This document shows positions 1-13,100 of a DNA stretch of 64,000 bases, piece by piece. A program made the position numbers and the translations under genes. Each line of letters starts with the position of its first letter. Within the stretch, counting starts at the first letter, position 1. This DNA comes from Eledone cirrhosa (lineage: Eukaryota): contig OZ024748.1 of assembly GCA_964016885.1 (NCBI GenBank), forward strand, positions 37,200,001 through 37,264,000, read 5' to 3'. The notes beneath the pieces were generated by a model. The model saw only the letters and a program-made list of their open reading frames with translations. It was not told the DNA's origin and did not search any database.

Positions 1-618
1 GTATCAGGGTTAACTACCTCAAGATCTAGTGTGACAATGTTAGTGTCAGTGTTAACTACCTCTAGATCTAGTATGACAATGTTAGTGTCTGTGTTACCTA
101 CCACTAGATCTAGTATGACAATGTCAGTGGCAGGGTTAACTACCTCAAGATCTAGTGTGACAATGTCAGTGTCATTGTTAACTACCTCTAGATCTAGTAT
201 GACAATGTCAGTGTCAGTGTTAACTACCTCTAGATCTAGTATGACAATGTTAGTGTCAGTGTTAACTACCTCTAGATCTAGTATGACAATGTTAGTGTCA
301 GTGTTAACTACCTCTAGATCTAGTGTGACAATGTTAGTGTCAGTGTTAACTACCTCAAGATCTAGTGTGACAATGTTAGTGTCATTGTTAACTACCTCTA
401 GTTATAGTATGACAATGTTAGTGTCAGTGTTAACTACCTGTAGATCTAGTATGACAATATCAGTGTCAGTGTTAACTACCTCTAGATCTAGTATGACAAT
501 GTTAGTGTCAGTGTTATCTACCTCTAGATCTAGTATGACAATGTCAGTGTCAGTGTTAACTACCTCTAGATCTAGTGAGACGATGTTAGTGTCAGTGTTA
601 ACTACCTCTAGATCTAGT

Positions 619-661
619 ATGACAATGTCAGTGTCAGTGTTAAACTACCTCTAGATCTAGT
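619..661 (+). other. 43-bp variant monomer (+A, GTTAAACTACC); first of 12 copies, used here as the HOR boundary marker
   Basis: Seen at about 643, 2570, 4167, 6382, 9521, 16584, 18511, 22281, 25883, 30103, 34617 and 43547. It matches the phase shifts in the ORF track. Confidence 0.93.
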
Positions 662-2588
662 ATGACAATGTCAGTGTCAGTGTTAACTACCACAAGATCT
701 AGTATGACAATGTCAGTGTCAGTGTTAACTACCTCTAAATCTGGTATGACAATGTCCGTGTCAGTGTTAACTACCACTAGATCTAGTATGACAATGTCAG
801 TGTCAGTGTTAACTACCTCAAGATCTAGTGTGACAATGTTAGTGTCAGTGTTAACTACCTCTAGATCTAGTATGACAATGTCAGTGTCAGTGTTAACTAC
901 CACTAGATCTAGTATGACAATGTCAGAGTTAACTACCTCTAGATCTAGTATGACAATGTCAGTGTCAGTGTTAACTACCTCTAGATCTAGTATGACAATG
1001 TCAGTGTCAGTGTTAACTACCTCTAGATCTAGTATGACAATGTCAGTGTCAGTGTTAACTACCTCTAGATCTAGTGTGACAATGTCAGTGTCAGTGTTAA
1101 CTACCTCTAGATCTAGTATGACAATGTTAGTGTCAGTGTTAACTATCTCTAGATCTAGTGTGACAATGTTAGTGTCAGTGTTAACTACCTCTAGATATAG
1201 TATGACAATGTCAGTGTCAGTGTTAACTACCTCTAGATCTAGTATGACAATGTCAGTGTCAGTGTTAACTACCACAAGATCTAGTGTGACAATGTTAGTG
1301 TCAGTGTTAACTACCTCTAGATATAGTATGACAATGTCAGTGTCAGTGTTTACTACCTCTAGATCCAGTATGACAATGTTAGTGTCAGTGTTAACTACCA
1401 CAAGATCTAGTGTGACAATGTTAGTGTCAGTGTTAACTACCTCTAGATATAGTATGACAATGTCAGTGTCAGTGTTTACTACCTCTAGATCTAGTATGAC
1501 AATGTTAGTGTCAGTGTTAACTACCTCTAGATCTAGTGTGACAATGTTAGTGTCAGTGTTAACTACCTCTAGATATAGTATGACAATGTTAGTGTCAGTG
1601 TTAACTACCTCTAGATCTAGTATGACAATGTTAGTGTCAGTGTTAACTACCTCTAGATCTAGTGTGACAATGTTAGTGTCAGTGTTAACTACCTCCAAAT
1701 AGAGTATGACAATGTCAGTGTCAGTGTTAACTACCTCTAGATCTAGTATGACAATGTCAGTGTCATGGTTAACTACCTCTAGATCTAGTGTGACAATGTT
1801 AGTGTCAGTGTTAACTACCACTAGATCTAGTATGACAATGTCAGTGTCAGTGTTAACTACCTCTAGATCTAGTATGACAATGTTAGTGTCAGTGTTAACT
1901 ACCACTAGATCTAGTATGACAATGTCAGTGTCAGGGTTAACTACCTCAAGATCTAGTGTGACAATGTTAGTGTCAGTGTTAACTACCTCTAGATCTAGTA
2001 TGATAATGTTAGTGTCAGTGTTAACTACCACTAGATCTAGTATGACAATGTCAGTGGCAGGGTTAACTACCTCAAGATCTAGTGTGACAATGTCAGTGTC
2101 AGTGTTAACTACCTCTAGATCTAGTATGACAATGTCAGTGTCAGTGTTAACTACCTCTAGATCTAGTATGACAATGTTAGTGTCAGTGTTAACTACCTCT
2201 AGATCTAGTATGACAATGTTAGTGTCAGTGTTAACTACCTCTAGATCTAGTGTGACAATGTTAGTGTCAGTGTTAACTACCTCAAGATCTAGTGTGACAA
2301 TGTTAGTGTCATTGTTAACTACCTCTAGTTATAGTATGACAATGTTAGTGTCAGTGTTAACTACCTGTAGATCTAGTATGACGATATCAGTGTCAGTGTT
2401 AACTATCTCTAGATCTAGTATGACAATGTTAGTGTCAGTGTTATCTACCTCTAGATCTAGTATGACAATGTCAGTGTCAGTGTTAACTACCTCTAGATCT
2501 AGTGAGACGATGTTAGTGTCAGTGTTAACTACCTCTAGATCTAGTATGACAATGTCAGTGTCAGTGTTAAACTACCTCTAGATCTAGT
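662..2588. repeat. 1,927-bp HOR unit (46 monomers), copy 1
   Basis: Bounded by 43-bp +A monomers (GTTAAACTACC at about 643 and 2570); 1927 = 44x42 + 36 + 43. The same ordered variants recur at 16603..18529. Confidence 0.9.
914..949 (+). other. 36-bp variant monomer (ATGACAATGTCAGAGTTAAC..., one hexamer lost); first of about 40 copies
   Basis: Read directly; appears as MTMSEL/MSMSEL in the ORF track. The count was made by eye. Confidence 0.92.
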
Positions 2589-4185
2589 ATGACAATGTCA
2601 GTGTCAGTGTTAACTACCACAAGATCTAGTATGACAATGTCAGTGTCAGTGTTAACTACCTCTAAATCTGGTATGACAATGTCCGTGTCAGTGTTAACTA
2701 CCACTAGATCTAGTATGACAATGTCAGTGTCAGTGTTAACTACCTCAAGATCTAGTGTGACAATGTTAGTGTCAGTGTTAACTACCTCTAGATATAGTAT
2801 GACAATGTCAGTGTCAGTGTTAACTACCTCTAGATCTAGTATGACAATGTCAGTGTCAGTGTTAACTACCACAAGATCTAGTGTGACAATGTTAGTGTCA
2901 GTGTTAACTACCTCTAGATATAGTATGACAATGTCAGTGTCAGTGTTTACTACCTCTAGATCCAGTATGACAATGTTAGTGTCAGTGTTAACTACCACAC
3001 GATCTAGTGTGACAATGTTAGTGTCAGTGTTAACTACCTCTAGATATAGTATGACAATGTCAGTGTCAGTGTTTACTACCTCTAGATCTAGTATGACAAT
3101 GTTAGTGTCAGTGTTAACTACCTCTAGATCTAGTGTGACAATGTTAGTGTCAGTGTTAACTACCTCTAGATATAGTATGACAATGTTAGTGTCAGTGTTA
3201 ACTACCTCTAGATCTAGTATGACAATGTTAGTGTCAGTGTTAACTACCTCTAGATCTAGTGTGACAATGTTAGTGTCAGTGTTAACTACCTCCAAATAGA
3301 GTATGACAATGTCAGTGTCAGTGTTAACTACCTCTAGATCTAGTATGACAATGTCAGTGTCATGGTTAACTACCTCTAGATCTAGTGTGACAATGTTAGT
3401 GTCAGTGTTAACTACCACTAGATCTAGTATGACAATGTCAGTGTCAGTGTTAACTACCTCTAGATCTAGTATGACAATGTTAGTGTCAGTGTTAACTACC
3501 ACTAGATCTAGTATGACAATGTCAGTGTCAGGGTTAACTACCTCAAGATCTAGTGTGACAATGTTAGTGTCAGTGTTAACTACCTCTAGATCTAGTATGA
3601 TAATGTTAGTGTCAGTGTTAACTACCACTAGATCTAGTATGACAATGTCAGTGGCAGGGTTAACTACCTCAAGATCTAGTGTGACAATGTCAGTGTCAGT
3701 GTTAACTACCTCTAGATCTAGTATGACAATGTCAGTGTCAGTGTTAACTACCTCTAGATCTAGTATGACAATGTTAGTGTCAGTGTTAACTACCTCTAGA
3801 TCTAGTATGACAATGTTAGTGTCAGTGTTAACTACCTCTAGATCTAGTGTGACAATGTTAGTGTCAGTGTTAACTACCTCAAGATCTAGTGTGACAATGT
3901 TAGTGTCATTGTTAACTACCTCAAGTTATAGTATGACAATGTTAGTGTCAGTGTTAACTACCTGTAGATCTAGTATGACAATATCAGTGTCAGTGTTAAC
4001 TACCTCTAGATCTAGTATGACAATGTTAGTGTCAGTGTTATCTACCTCTAGATCTAGTATGACAATGTCAGTGTCAGTGTTAACTACCTCTAGATCTAGT
4101 GAGACGATGTTAGTGTCAGTGTTAACTACCTCTAGATCTAGTATGACAATGTCAGTGTCAGTGTTAAACTACCTCTAGATCTAGT
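2589..4185. repeat. 1,597-bp HOR unit (38 monomers): adjacent copy of the 1,927-bp unit lacking 8 monomers
   Basis: Shares TCCAAATAGAGT, TCATGG, ATGATAATG, GTGGCAGGG and GAGACG in the same order. It is 330 bp shorter (7x42 + 36) and lacks the 36-bp monomer. Confidence 0.88.
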
Positions 4186-7100
4186 ATGACAATGTCAGTG
4201 TCAGTGTTAACTACCACAAGATCTAGTATGACAATGTCAGTGTCAGTGTTAACTACCTCTAAATCTGGTATGACAATGTCCGTGTCAGTGTTAACTACCA
4301 CTAGATCTAGTATGACAATGTTAGTGTCAGTGTTAACTACCTCTAGATCTAGTATGACAATGTCAGTGTCAGTGTTAACTACCACTAGATCTAGTATGAC
4401 AATGTCAGAGTTAACTACCTCTAGATCTAGTATGACAATGTCAGTGTCAGTGTTAACTACCTCTAGATCTAGTATGACAATGTCAGTGTCAGTGTTAACT
4501 ACCTCTAGATCTAGTATGACAATGTCAGTGTCAGTGTTACCTACCTCTAGATCTAGTGTGACAATGTCAGTGTCAGTGTTAACTACCTCTAGATCTAGTA
4601 TGACAATGTTAGTGTCAGTGTTAACTATCTCTAGATCTAGTGTGACAATGTTAGTGTCAGTGTTAACTACCTCTAGATATAGTATGACAATGTCAGTGTC
4701 AGTGTTAACTACCTCTAGATCTAGTATGACAATGTCAGTGTCAGTGTTAACTACCACAAGATCTAGTGTGACAATGTTAGTGTCAGTGTTAACTACCTCT
4801 AGATATAGTATGACAATGTCAGTGTCAGTGTTTACTACCTCTAGATCCAGTATGACAATGTTAGTGTCAGTGTTAACTACCTCTAGATCTAGTGTGACAA
4901 TGTTAGTGTCAGTGTTAACTACCTCTAGATATAGTATGACAATGTTAGTGTCAGTGTTAACTACCTCTAGATCTAGTATGACAATGTTAGTGTCAGTGTT
5001 AACTACCTCTAGATCTAGTGTGACAATGTCAGTGTCAGTGTTAACTACCTCTAGATCTAGTATGACAATGTTAGTGTCAGTGTTAACTATCTCTAGATCT
5101 AGTGTGACAATGTTAGTGTCAGTGTTAACTACCTCTAGATATAGTATGACAATGTCAGTGTCAGTGTTAACTACCTCTAGATCTAGTATGACAATGTCAG
5201 TGTCAGTGTTAACTACCTCTAGATCTAGTATGACAATGTCAGTGTCAGTGTTAACTACCTCTAGATCTAGTATGACAATGTCAGTGTCAGTGTTAACTAC
5301 CACAAGATCTAGTATGACAATGTCAGTGTCAGTGTTAACTACCTCTAAATCTGGTATGACAATGTACGTGTCAGTGTTAACTACCACTAGATCTAGTATG
5401 ACAATGTCAGTGTCAGTGTTAACTACCTCAAGATCTAGTGTGACAATGTTAGTGTCAGTGTTAACTACCTCTAGATCTAGTATGACAATGTCAGTGTCAG
5501 TGTTAACTACCACTAGATCTAGTATGTCAATGTCAGAGTTAACTACCTCTAGATCTAGTATGACAATGTCAGTGTCAGTGTTAACTACCTCTAGATCTAG
5601 TATGACAATGTCAGTGTCAGTGTTAACTACCTCTAGATCTAGTATGACAATGTCAGTGTCAGTGTTAACTACCTCTAGATCTAGTGTGACAATGTCAGTG
5701 TCAGTGTTAACTACCTCTAGATCTAGTATGACAATGTTAGTGTCAGTGTTAACTATCTCTAGATCTAGTGTGACAATGTTAGTGTCAGTGTTAACTACCT
5801 CTAGATATAGTATGACAATGTCAGTGTCAGTGTTAACTACCTCTAGATCTAGTATGACAATGTCAGTGTCAGTGTTAACTACCACAATATCTAGTGTGAC
5901 AATGTTAGTGTCAGTGTTAACTACCTCTAGATCTAGTATGACAATGTCAGTGTCAGTGTTAACTACCTCTAGATCTAGTATGACAATGTTAGTGTCAGTG
6001 TTAACTACCTCTAGATCTAGTATGACAATGTTAGTGTCAGTGTTAACTACCTCTAGATCTAGTGTGACAATGTTAGTGTCAGTGTTAACTACCTCAAGAT
6101 CTAGTGTGACAATGTTAGTGTCATTGTTAACTACCTCTAGTTATAGTATGACAATGTTAGTGTCAGTGTTAACTACCTGTAGATCTAGTATGACAATATC
6201 AGTGTCAGTGTTAACTACCTCTAGATCTAGTATGACAATGTTAGTGTCAGTGTTATCTACCTCTAGATCTAGTATGACAATGTCAGTGTCAGTGTTAACT
6301 ACCTCTAGATCTAGTGAGACGATGTTAGTGTCAGTGTTAACTACCTCTAGATCTAGTATGACAATGTCAGTGTCAGTGTTAAACTACCTCTAGATCTAGT
6401 ATGACAATGTCAGTGTCAGTGTTAACTACCACAAGATCTAGTATGACAATGTCAGTGTCAGTGTTAACTACCTCTAAATCTGGTATGACAATGTCCGTGT
6501 CAGTGTTAACTACCACTAGATCTAGTATGACAATGTCAGTGTCAGTGTTAACTACCTCAAGATCTAGTGTGACAATGTTAGTGTCAGTGTTAACTACCTC
6601 TAGATCTAGTATGACAATGTCAGTGTCAGTGTTAACTACCACTAGATCTAGTATGACAATGTCAGAGTTAACTACCTCTAGATCTAGTATGACAATGTCA
6701 GTGTCAGTGTTAACTACCTCTAGATCTAGTATGACAATGTCAGTGTCAGTGTTAACTACCTCTAGATCTAGTATGACAATGTCAGTGTCAGTGTTAACTA
6801 CCTCTAGATCTAGAGTGACAATGTCAGTGTCAGTGTTAACTACCTCTAGATCTAGTATGACAATGTTAGTGTCAGTGTTAACTATCTCTAGATCTAGTGT
6901 GACAATGTTAGTGTCAGTGTTAACTACCTCTAGATATAGTATGACAATGTCAGTGTCAGTGTTAACTACCTCTAGATCTAGTATGACAATGTCAGTGTCA
7001 GTGTTAACTACCACAAGATCTAGTGTGACAACGTTAGTGTCAGTGTTAACTACCTCTAGATATAGTATGACAATGTCAGTGTCAGTGTTTACTACCTCTA

Positions 7101-10100
7101 GATCCAGTATGACAATGTTAGTGTCAGTGTTAACTACCTCTAGATCTAGTGTGACAATGTTAGTGTCAGTGTTAACTACCTCTAGATATAGTATGACAAT
7201 GTTAGTGTCAGTGTTAACTACCTCTAGATCTAGTATGACAATGTTAGTGTCAGTGTTAACTACCTCTAGATCTAGTGTGACAATGTCAGTGTCAGTGTTA
7301 ACTACCTCTAGATCTAGTATGACAATGTTAGTGTCAGTGTTAACTATCTCTAGATCTAGTGTGACAATGTTAGTGTCAGTGTTAACTACCTCTAGATATA
7401 GTATGACAATGTCAGTGTCAGTGTTAACTACCTCTAGATCTAGTATGACAATGTCAGTGTCAGTGTTAACTACCTCTAGATCTAGTATGACAATGTCAGT
7501 GTCAGTGTTAACTACCTCTAGATCTAGTATGACAATGTCAGTGTCAGTGTTAACTACCACAAGATCTAGTATGACAATGTCAGTGTCAGTGTTAACTACC
7601 TCTAAATCTGGTATGACAATGTACGTGTCAGTGTTAACTACCACTAGATCTAGTATGACAATGTCAGTGTCAGTGTTAACTACCTCAAGATCTAGTGTGA
7701 CAATGTTAGTGTCAGTGTTAACTACCTCTAGATCTAGTATGACAATGTCAGTGTCAGTGTTAACTACCACTAGATCTAGTATGTCAATGTCAGAGTTAAC
7801 TACCTCTAGATCTAGTATGACAATGTCAGTGTCAGTGTTAACTACCTCTAGATCTAGTATGACAATGTCAGTGTCAGTGTTAACTACCTCTAGATCTAGT
7901 ATGACAATGTCAGTGTCAGTGTTAACTACCTCTAGATCTAGTGTGACAATGTCAGTGTCAGTGTTAACTACCTCTAGATCTAGTATGACAATGTTAGTGT
8001 CAGTGTTAACTATCTCTAGATCTAGTGTGACAATGTTAGTGTCAGTGTTAACTACCTCTAGATATAGTATGACAATGTCAGTGTCAGTGTTAACTACCTC
8101 TAGATCTAGTATGACAATGTCAGTGTCAGTGTTAACTACCACAATATCTAGTGTGACAATGTTAGTGTCAGTGTTAACTACCTCTAGATATAGTATGACA
8201 ATGTCAGTGTCAGTGTTTACTACCTCTAGATCTAGTATGACAATGTTAGTGTCAGTGTTAACTACCTCTAGATCTAGTGTGACAATGTTTGTGTCAGTGT
8301 TAACTACCACTAGATCTAGTATGACAATGTCAGTGTCAGGGTTAACTACCTCAAGATCTAGTGTGACAGTGTTAGTGTCAGTGTTAACTACCTCTAGATC
8401 TAGTATGACAATGTTAGTGTCAGTGTTAACTACCACTAGATCTAGTATGACAATGTCAGTGGCAGGGTTAACTACCTCAAGATCTAGTGTGACAATGTCA
8501 GTGTCAGTGTTAACTACCTCTAGATCTAGTATGACAATGTCAGTGTCAGTGTTAACTACCTCTAGATCTAGTATGACAATGTTAGTGTCAGTGTTAACTA
8601 CCTCTAGATCTAGTATGACAATGTTAGTGTCAGTGTTAACTACCTCTAGATCTAGTGTGACAATGTTAGTGTCAGTGTTAACTACCTCTAGATATAGTAT
8701 GACAATGTCAGTGTCAGTGTTAACTACCTCTAGATCTAGTATGACAATGTCAGTGTCAGTGTTAACTACCTCTAGATCTAGTATGACAATGTCAGTGTCA
8801 GTGTTAACTACCTCTAGATCTAGTATGACAATGTCAGTGTCAGTGTTAACTACCACAAGATCTAGTATGACAATGTCAGTGTCAGTGTTAACTACCTCTA
8901 AATCTGGTATGACAATGTACGTGTCAGTGTTAACTACCACTAGATCTAGTATGACAATGTCAGTGTCAGTGTTAACTACCTCAAGATCTAGTGTGACAAT
9001 GTTAGTGTCAGTGTTAACTACCTCTAGATCTAGTATGACAATGTCAGTGTCAGTGTTAACTACCACAAGATCTAGTATGACAATGTCAGTGTCAGTGTTA
9101 ACTACCTCTAAATCTGGTATGACAATGTACGTGTCAGTGTTAACTACCACTAGATCTAGTATGACAATGTTAGTGTCAGTGTTAACTACCTCTAGATCTA
9201 GTGTGACAATGTTAGTGTCAGTGTTAACTACCTCAAGATCTAGTGTGACAATGTTAGTGTCATTGTTAACTACCTCTAGTTATAGTATGACAATGTTAGT
9301 GTCAGTGTTAACTACCTGTAGATCTAGTATGACAATATCAGTGTCAGTGTTAACTACCTCTAGATCTAGTAGGACAATGTTAGTGTCAGTGTTATCTACC
9401 TCTAGATCTAGTATGACAATGTCAGTGTCAGTGTTAACTACCTCTAGATCTAGTGAGACGATGTTAGTGTCAGTGTTAACTACCTCTAGATCTAGTATGA
9501 CAATGTCAGTGTCAGTGTTAAACTACCTCTAGATCTAGTATGACAATGTCAGTGTCAGTGTTAACTACCACAAGATCTAGTATGACAATGTCAGTGTCAG
9601 TGTTAATTACCTCTAAATCTGGTATGACAATGTCCGTGTCAGTGTTAACTACCACTAGATCTAGTATGACAATGTCAGTGTCAGTGTTAACTACCTCAAG
9701 ATCTAGTGTGACAATGTTAGTGTCAGTGTTAACTACCTCTAGATCTAGTATGACAATGTCAGTGTCAGTGTTAACTACCACTAGATCTAGTATGACAATG
9801 TCAGAGTTAACTACCTCTAGATCTAGTATGACAATGTCAGTGTCAGTGTTAACTACCTCTAGATATAGTATGACAATGTCAGTGTCAGTGTTAACTACCT
9901 CTAGATCTAGTATGACAATGTCAGTGTCAGTGTTAACTACCACAAGATCTAGTGTGACAATGTTAGTGTCAGTGTTAACTACCTCTAGATATAGTATGAC
10001 AATGTCAGTGTCAGTGTTTACTACCTCTAGATCCAGTATGACAATGTTAGTGTCAGTGTTAACTACCTCTAGATCTAGTGTGACAATGTTAGTGTCAGTG

Positions 10101-13100
10101 TTAACTACCTCTAGATATAGTATGACAATGTTAGTGTCAGTGTTAACTACCTCTAGATCTAGTATGACAATGTTAGTGTCAGTGTTAACTACCTCTAGAT
10201 CTAGTGTGACAATGTCAGTGTCAGTGTTAACTACCTCTAGATCTAGTATGACAATGTTAGTGTCAGTGTTAACTATCTCTAGATCTAGTATGACAATGTT
10301 AGTGTCAGTGTTAACTACCTCTAGATATAGTATGACAATGTCAGTGTCAGTGTTAACTACCTCTAGATCTAGTATGACAATGTCAGTGTCAGTGTTAACT
10401 ACCTCTAGATCTAGTATGACAATGTCAGTGTCAGTGTTAACTACCTCTAGATCTAGTATGACAATGTCAGTGTCAGTGTTAACTACCACAAGATCTAGTA
10501 TGACAATGTCAGTGTCAGTGTTAACTACCTCTAAATCTGGTATGACAATGTACGTGTCAGTGTTAACTACCACTAGATCTAGTATGACAATGTCAGTGTC
10601 AGTGTTAACTACCTCAAGATCTAGTGTGACAATGTTAGTGTCAGTGTTAACTACCTCTAGATCTAGTATGACAATGTCAGTGTCAGTGTTAACTACCACT
10701 AGATCTAGTATGTCAATGTCAGAGTTAACTACCTCTAGATCTAGTATGACAATGTCAGTGTCAGTGTTAACTACCTCTAGATCTAGTATGACAATGTCAG
10801 TGTCAGTGTTAACTACCTCTAGATCTAGTATGACAATGTCAGTGTCAGTGTTAACTACCTCTAGATCTAGTGTGACAATGTCAGTGTCAGTGCTAACTAC
10901 CTCTAGATCTAGTATGACGATGTTAGTGTCAGTGTTAACTATCTCTAGATCTAGTGTGACAATGTTAGTGTCAGTGTTAACTACCTCTAGATATAGTATG
11001 ACAATGTCAGTGTCAGTGTTAACTACCTCTAGATCTAGTATGACAATGTCAGTGTCAGTGTTAACTACCACAAGATCTAGTGTGACAATGTTAGTGTCAG
11101 TGTTAACTACCTCTAGATCTAGTGTGACAATGTCAGTGTCAGTGTTAACTACCTCTAGATCTAGTATGACAATGTTAGTGTCAGTGTTAACTATCTCTAG
11201 ATCTAGTGTGACAATGTTAGTGTCAGTGTTAACTACCTCTAGATATAGTATGACAATGTCAGTGTCAGTGTTAACTACCTCTAGATCTAGTATGACAATG
11301 TCAGTGTCAGTGTTAACTACCACAATATCTAGTGTGACAATGTTAGTGTCAGTGTTAACTACCTCTAGATATAGTATGACAATGTCAGTGTCAGTGTTTA
11401 CTACCTCTAGATCTAGTATGACAATGTTAGTGTCAGTGTTAACTACCTCTAGATCTAGTGTGACAATGTTTGTGTCAGTGTTAACTACCACTAGATCTAG
11501 TATGACAATGTCAGTGTCAGGGTTAACTACCTCAAGATCTAGTGTGACAGTGTTAGTGTCAGTGTTAACTACCTCTAGATCTAGTATGACAATGTTAGTG
11601 TCAGTGTTAACTACCACTAGATCTAGTATGACAATGTCAGTGGCAGGGTTAACTACCTCAAGATCTAGTGTGACAATGTCAGTGTCAGTGTTAACTACCT
11701 CTAGATCTAGTATGACAATGTCAGTGTCAGTGTTAACTACCTCTAGATCTAGTATGACAATGTTAGTGTCAGTGTTAACTACCTCTAGATCTAGTATGAC
11801 AATGTTAGTGTCAGTGTTAACTACCTCTAGATCTAGTGTGACAATGTTAGTGTCAGTGTTAACTACCTCTAGATATAGTATGACAATGTCAGTGTCAGTG
11901 TTAACTACCTCTAGATCTAGTATGACAATGTCAGTGTCAGTGTTAACTACCTCTAGATCTAGTATGACAATGTCAGTGTCAGTGTTAACTACCTCTAGAT
12001 CTAGTATGACAATGTCAGTGTCAGTGTTAACTACCACAAGATCTAGTATGACAATGTCAGTGTCAGTGTTAACTACCTCTAAATCTGGTATGACAATGTA
12101 CGTGTCAGTGTTAACTACCACTAGATCTAGTATGACAATGTCAGTGTCAGTGTTAACTACCTCAAGATCTAGTGTGACAATGTTAGTGTCAGTGTTAACT
12201 ACCTCTAGATCTAGTATGACAATGTCAGTGTCAGTGTTAACTACCACAAGATCTAGTATGACAATGTCAGTGTCAGTGTTAACTACCTCTAAATCTGGTA
12301 TGACAATGTACGTGTCAGTGTTAACTACCACTAGATCTAGTATGACAATGTTAGTGTCAGTGTTAACTACCTCTAGATCTAGTGTGACAATGTTAGTGTC
12401 AGTGTTAACTACCTCAAGATCTAGTGTGACAATGTTAGTGTCATTGTTAACTACCTCTAGTTATAGTATGACAATGTTAGTGTCAGTGTTAACTACCTGT
12501 AGATCTAGTATGACAATATCAGTGTCAGTGTTAACTACCTCTAGATCTAGTAGGACAATGTTAGTGTCAGTGTTATCTACCTCTAGATCTAGTATGACAA
12601 TGTCAGTGTCAGTGTTAACTACCTCTAGATCTAGTGAGACGATGTTAGTGTCAGTGTTAACTACCTCTAGATCTAGTATGACAATGTCAGTGTCAGTGTT
12701 AACTACCACAAGATCTAGTATGACAATGTCAGTGTCAGTGTTAATTACCTCTAAATCTGGTATGACAATGTCCGTGTCAGTGTTAACTACCACTAGATCT
12801 AGTATGACAATGTCAGTGTCAGTGTTAACTACCTCAAGATCTAGTGTGACAATGTTAGTGTCAGTGTTAACTACCTCTAGATCTAGTATGACAATGTCAG
12901 TGTCAGTGTTAACTACCACTAGATCTAGTATGACAATGTCAGAGTTAACTACCTCTAGATCTAGTATGACAATGTCAGTGTCAGTGTTAACTACCTCTAG
13001 ATCTAGTATGACAATGTCAGTGTCAGTGTTAACTACCTCTAGATCTAGTATGACAATGTCAGTGTCAGTGTTAACTACCTCTAGATCTAGTGTGACAATG

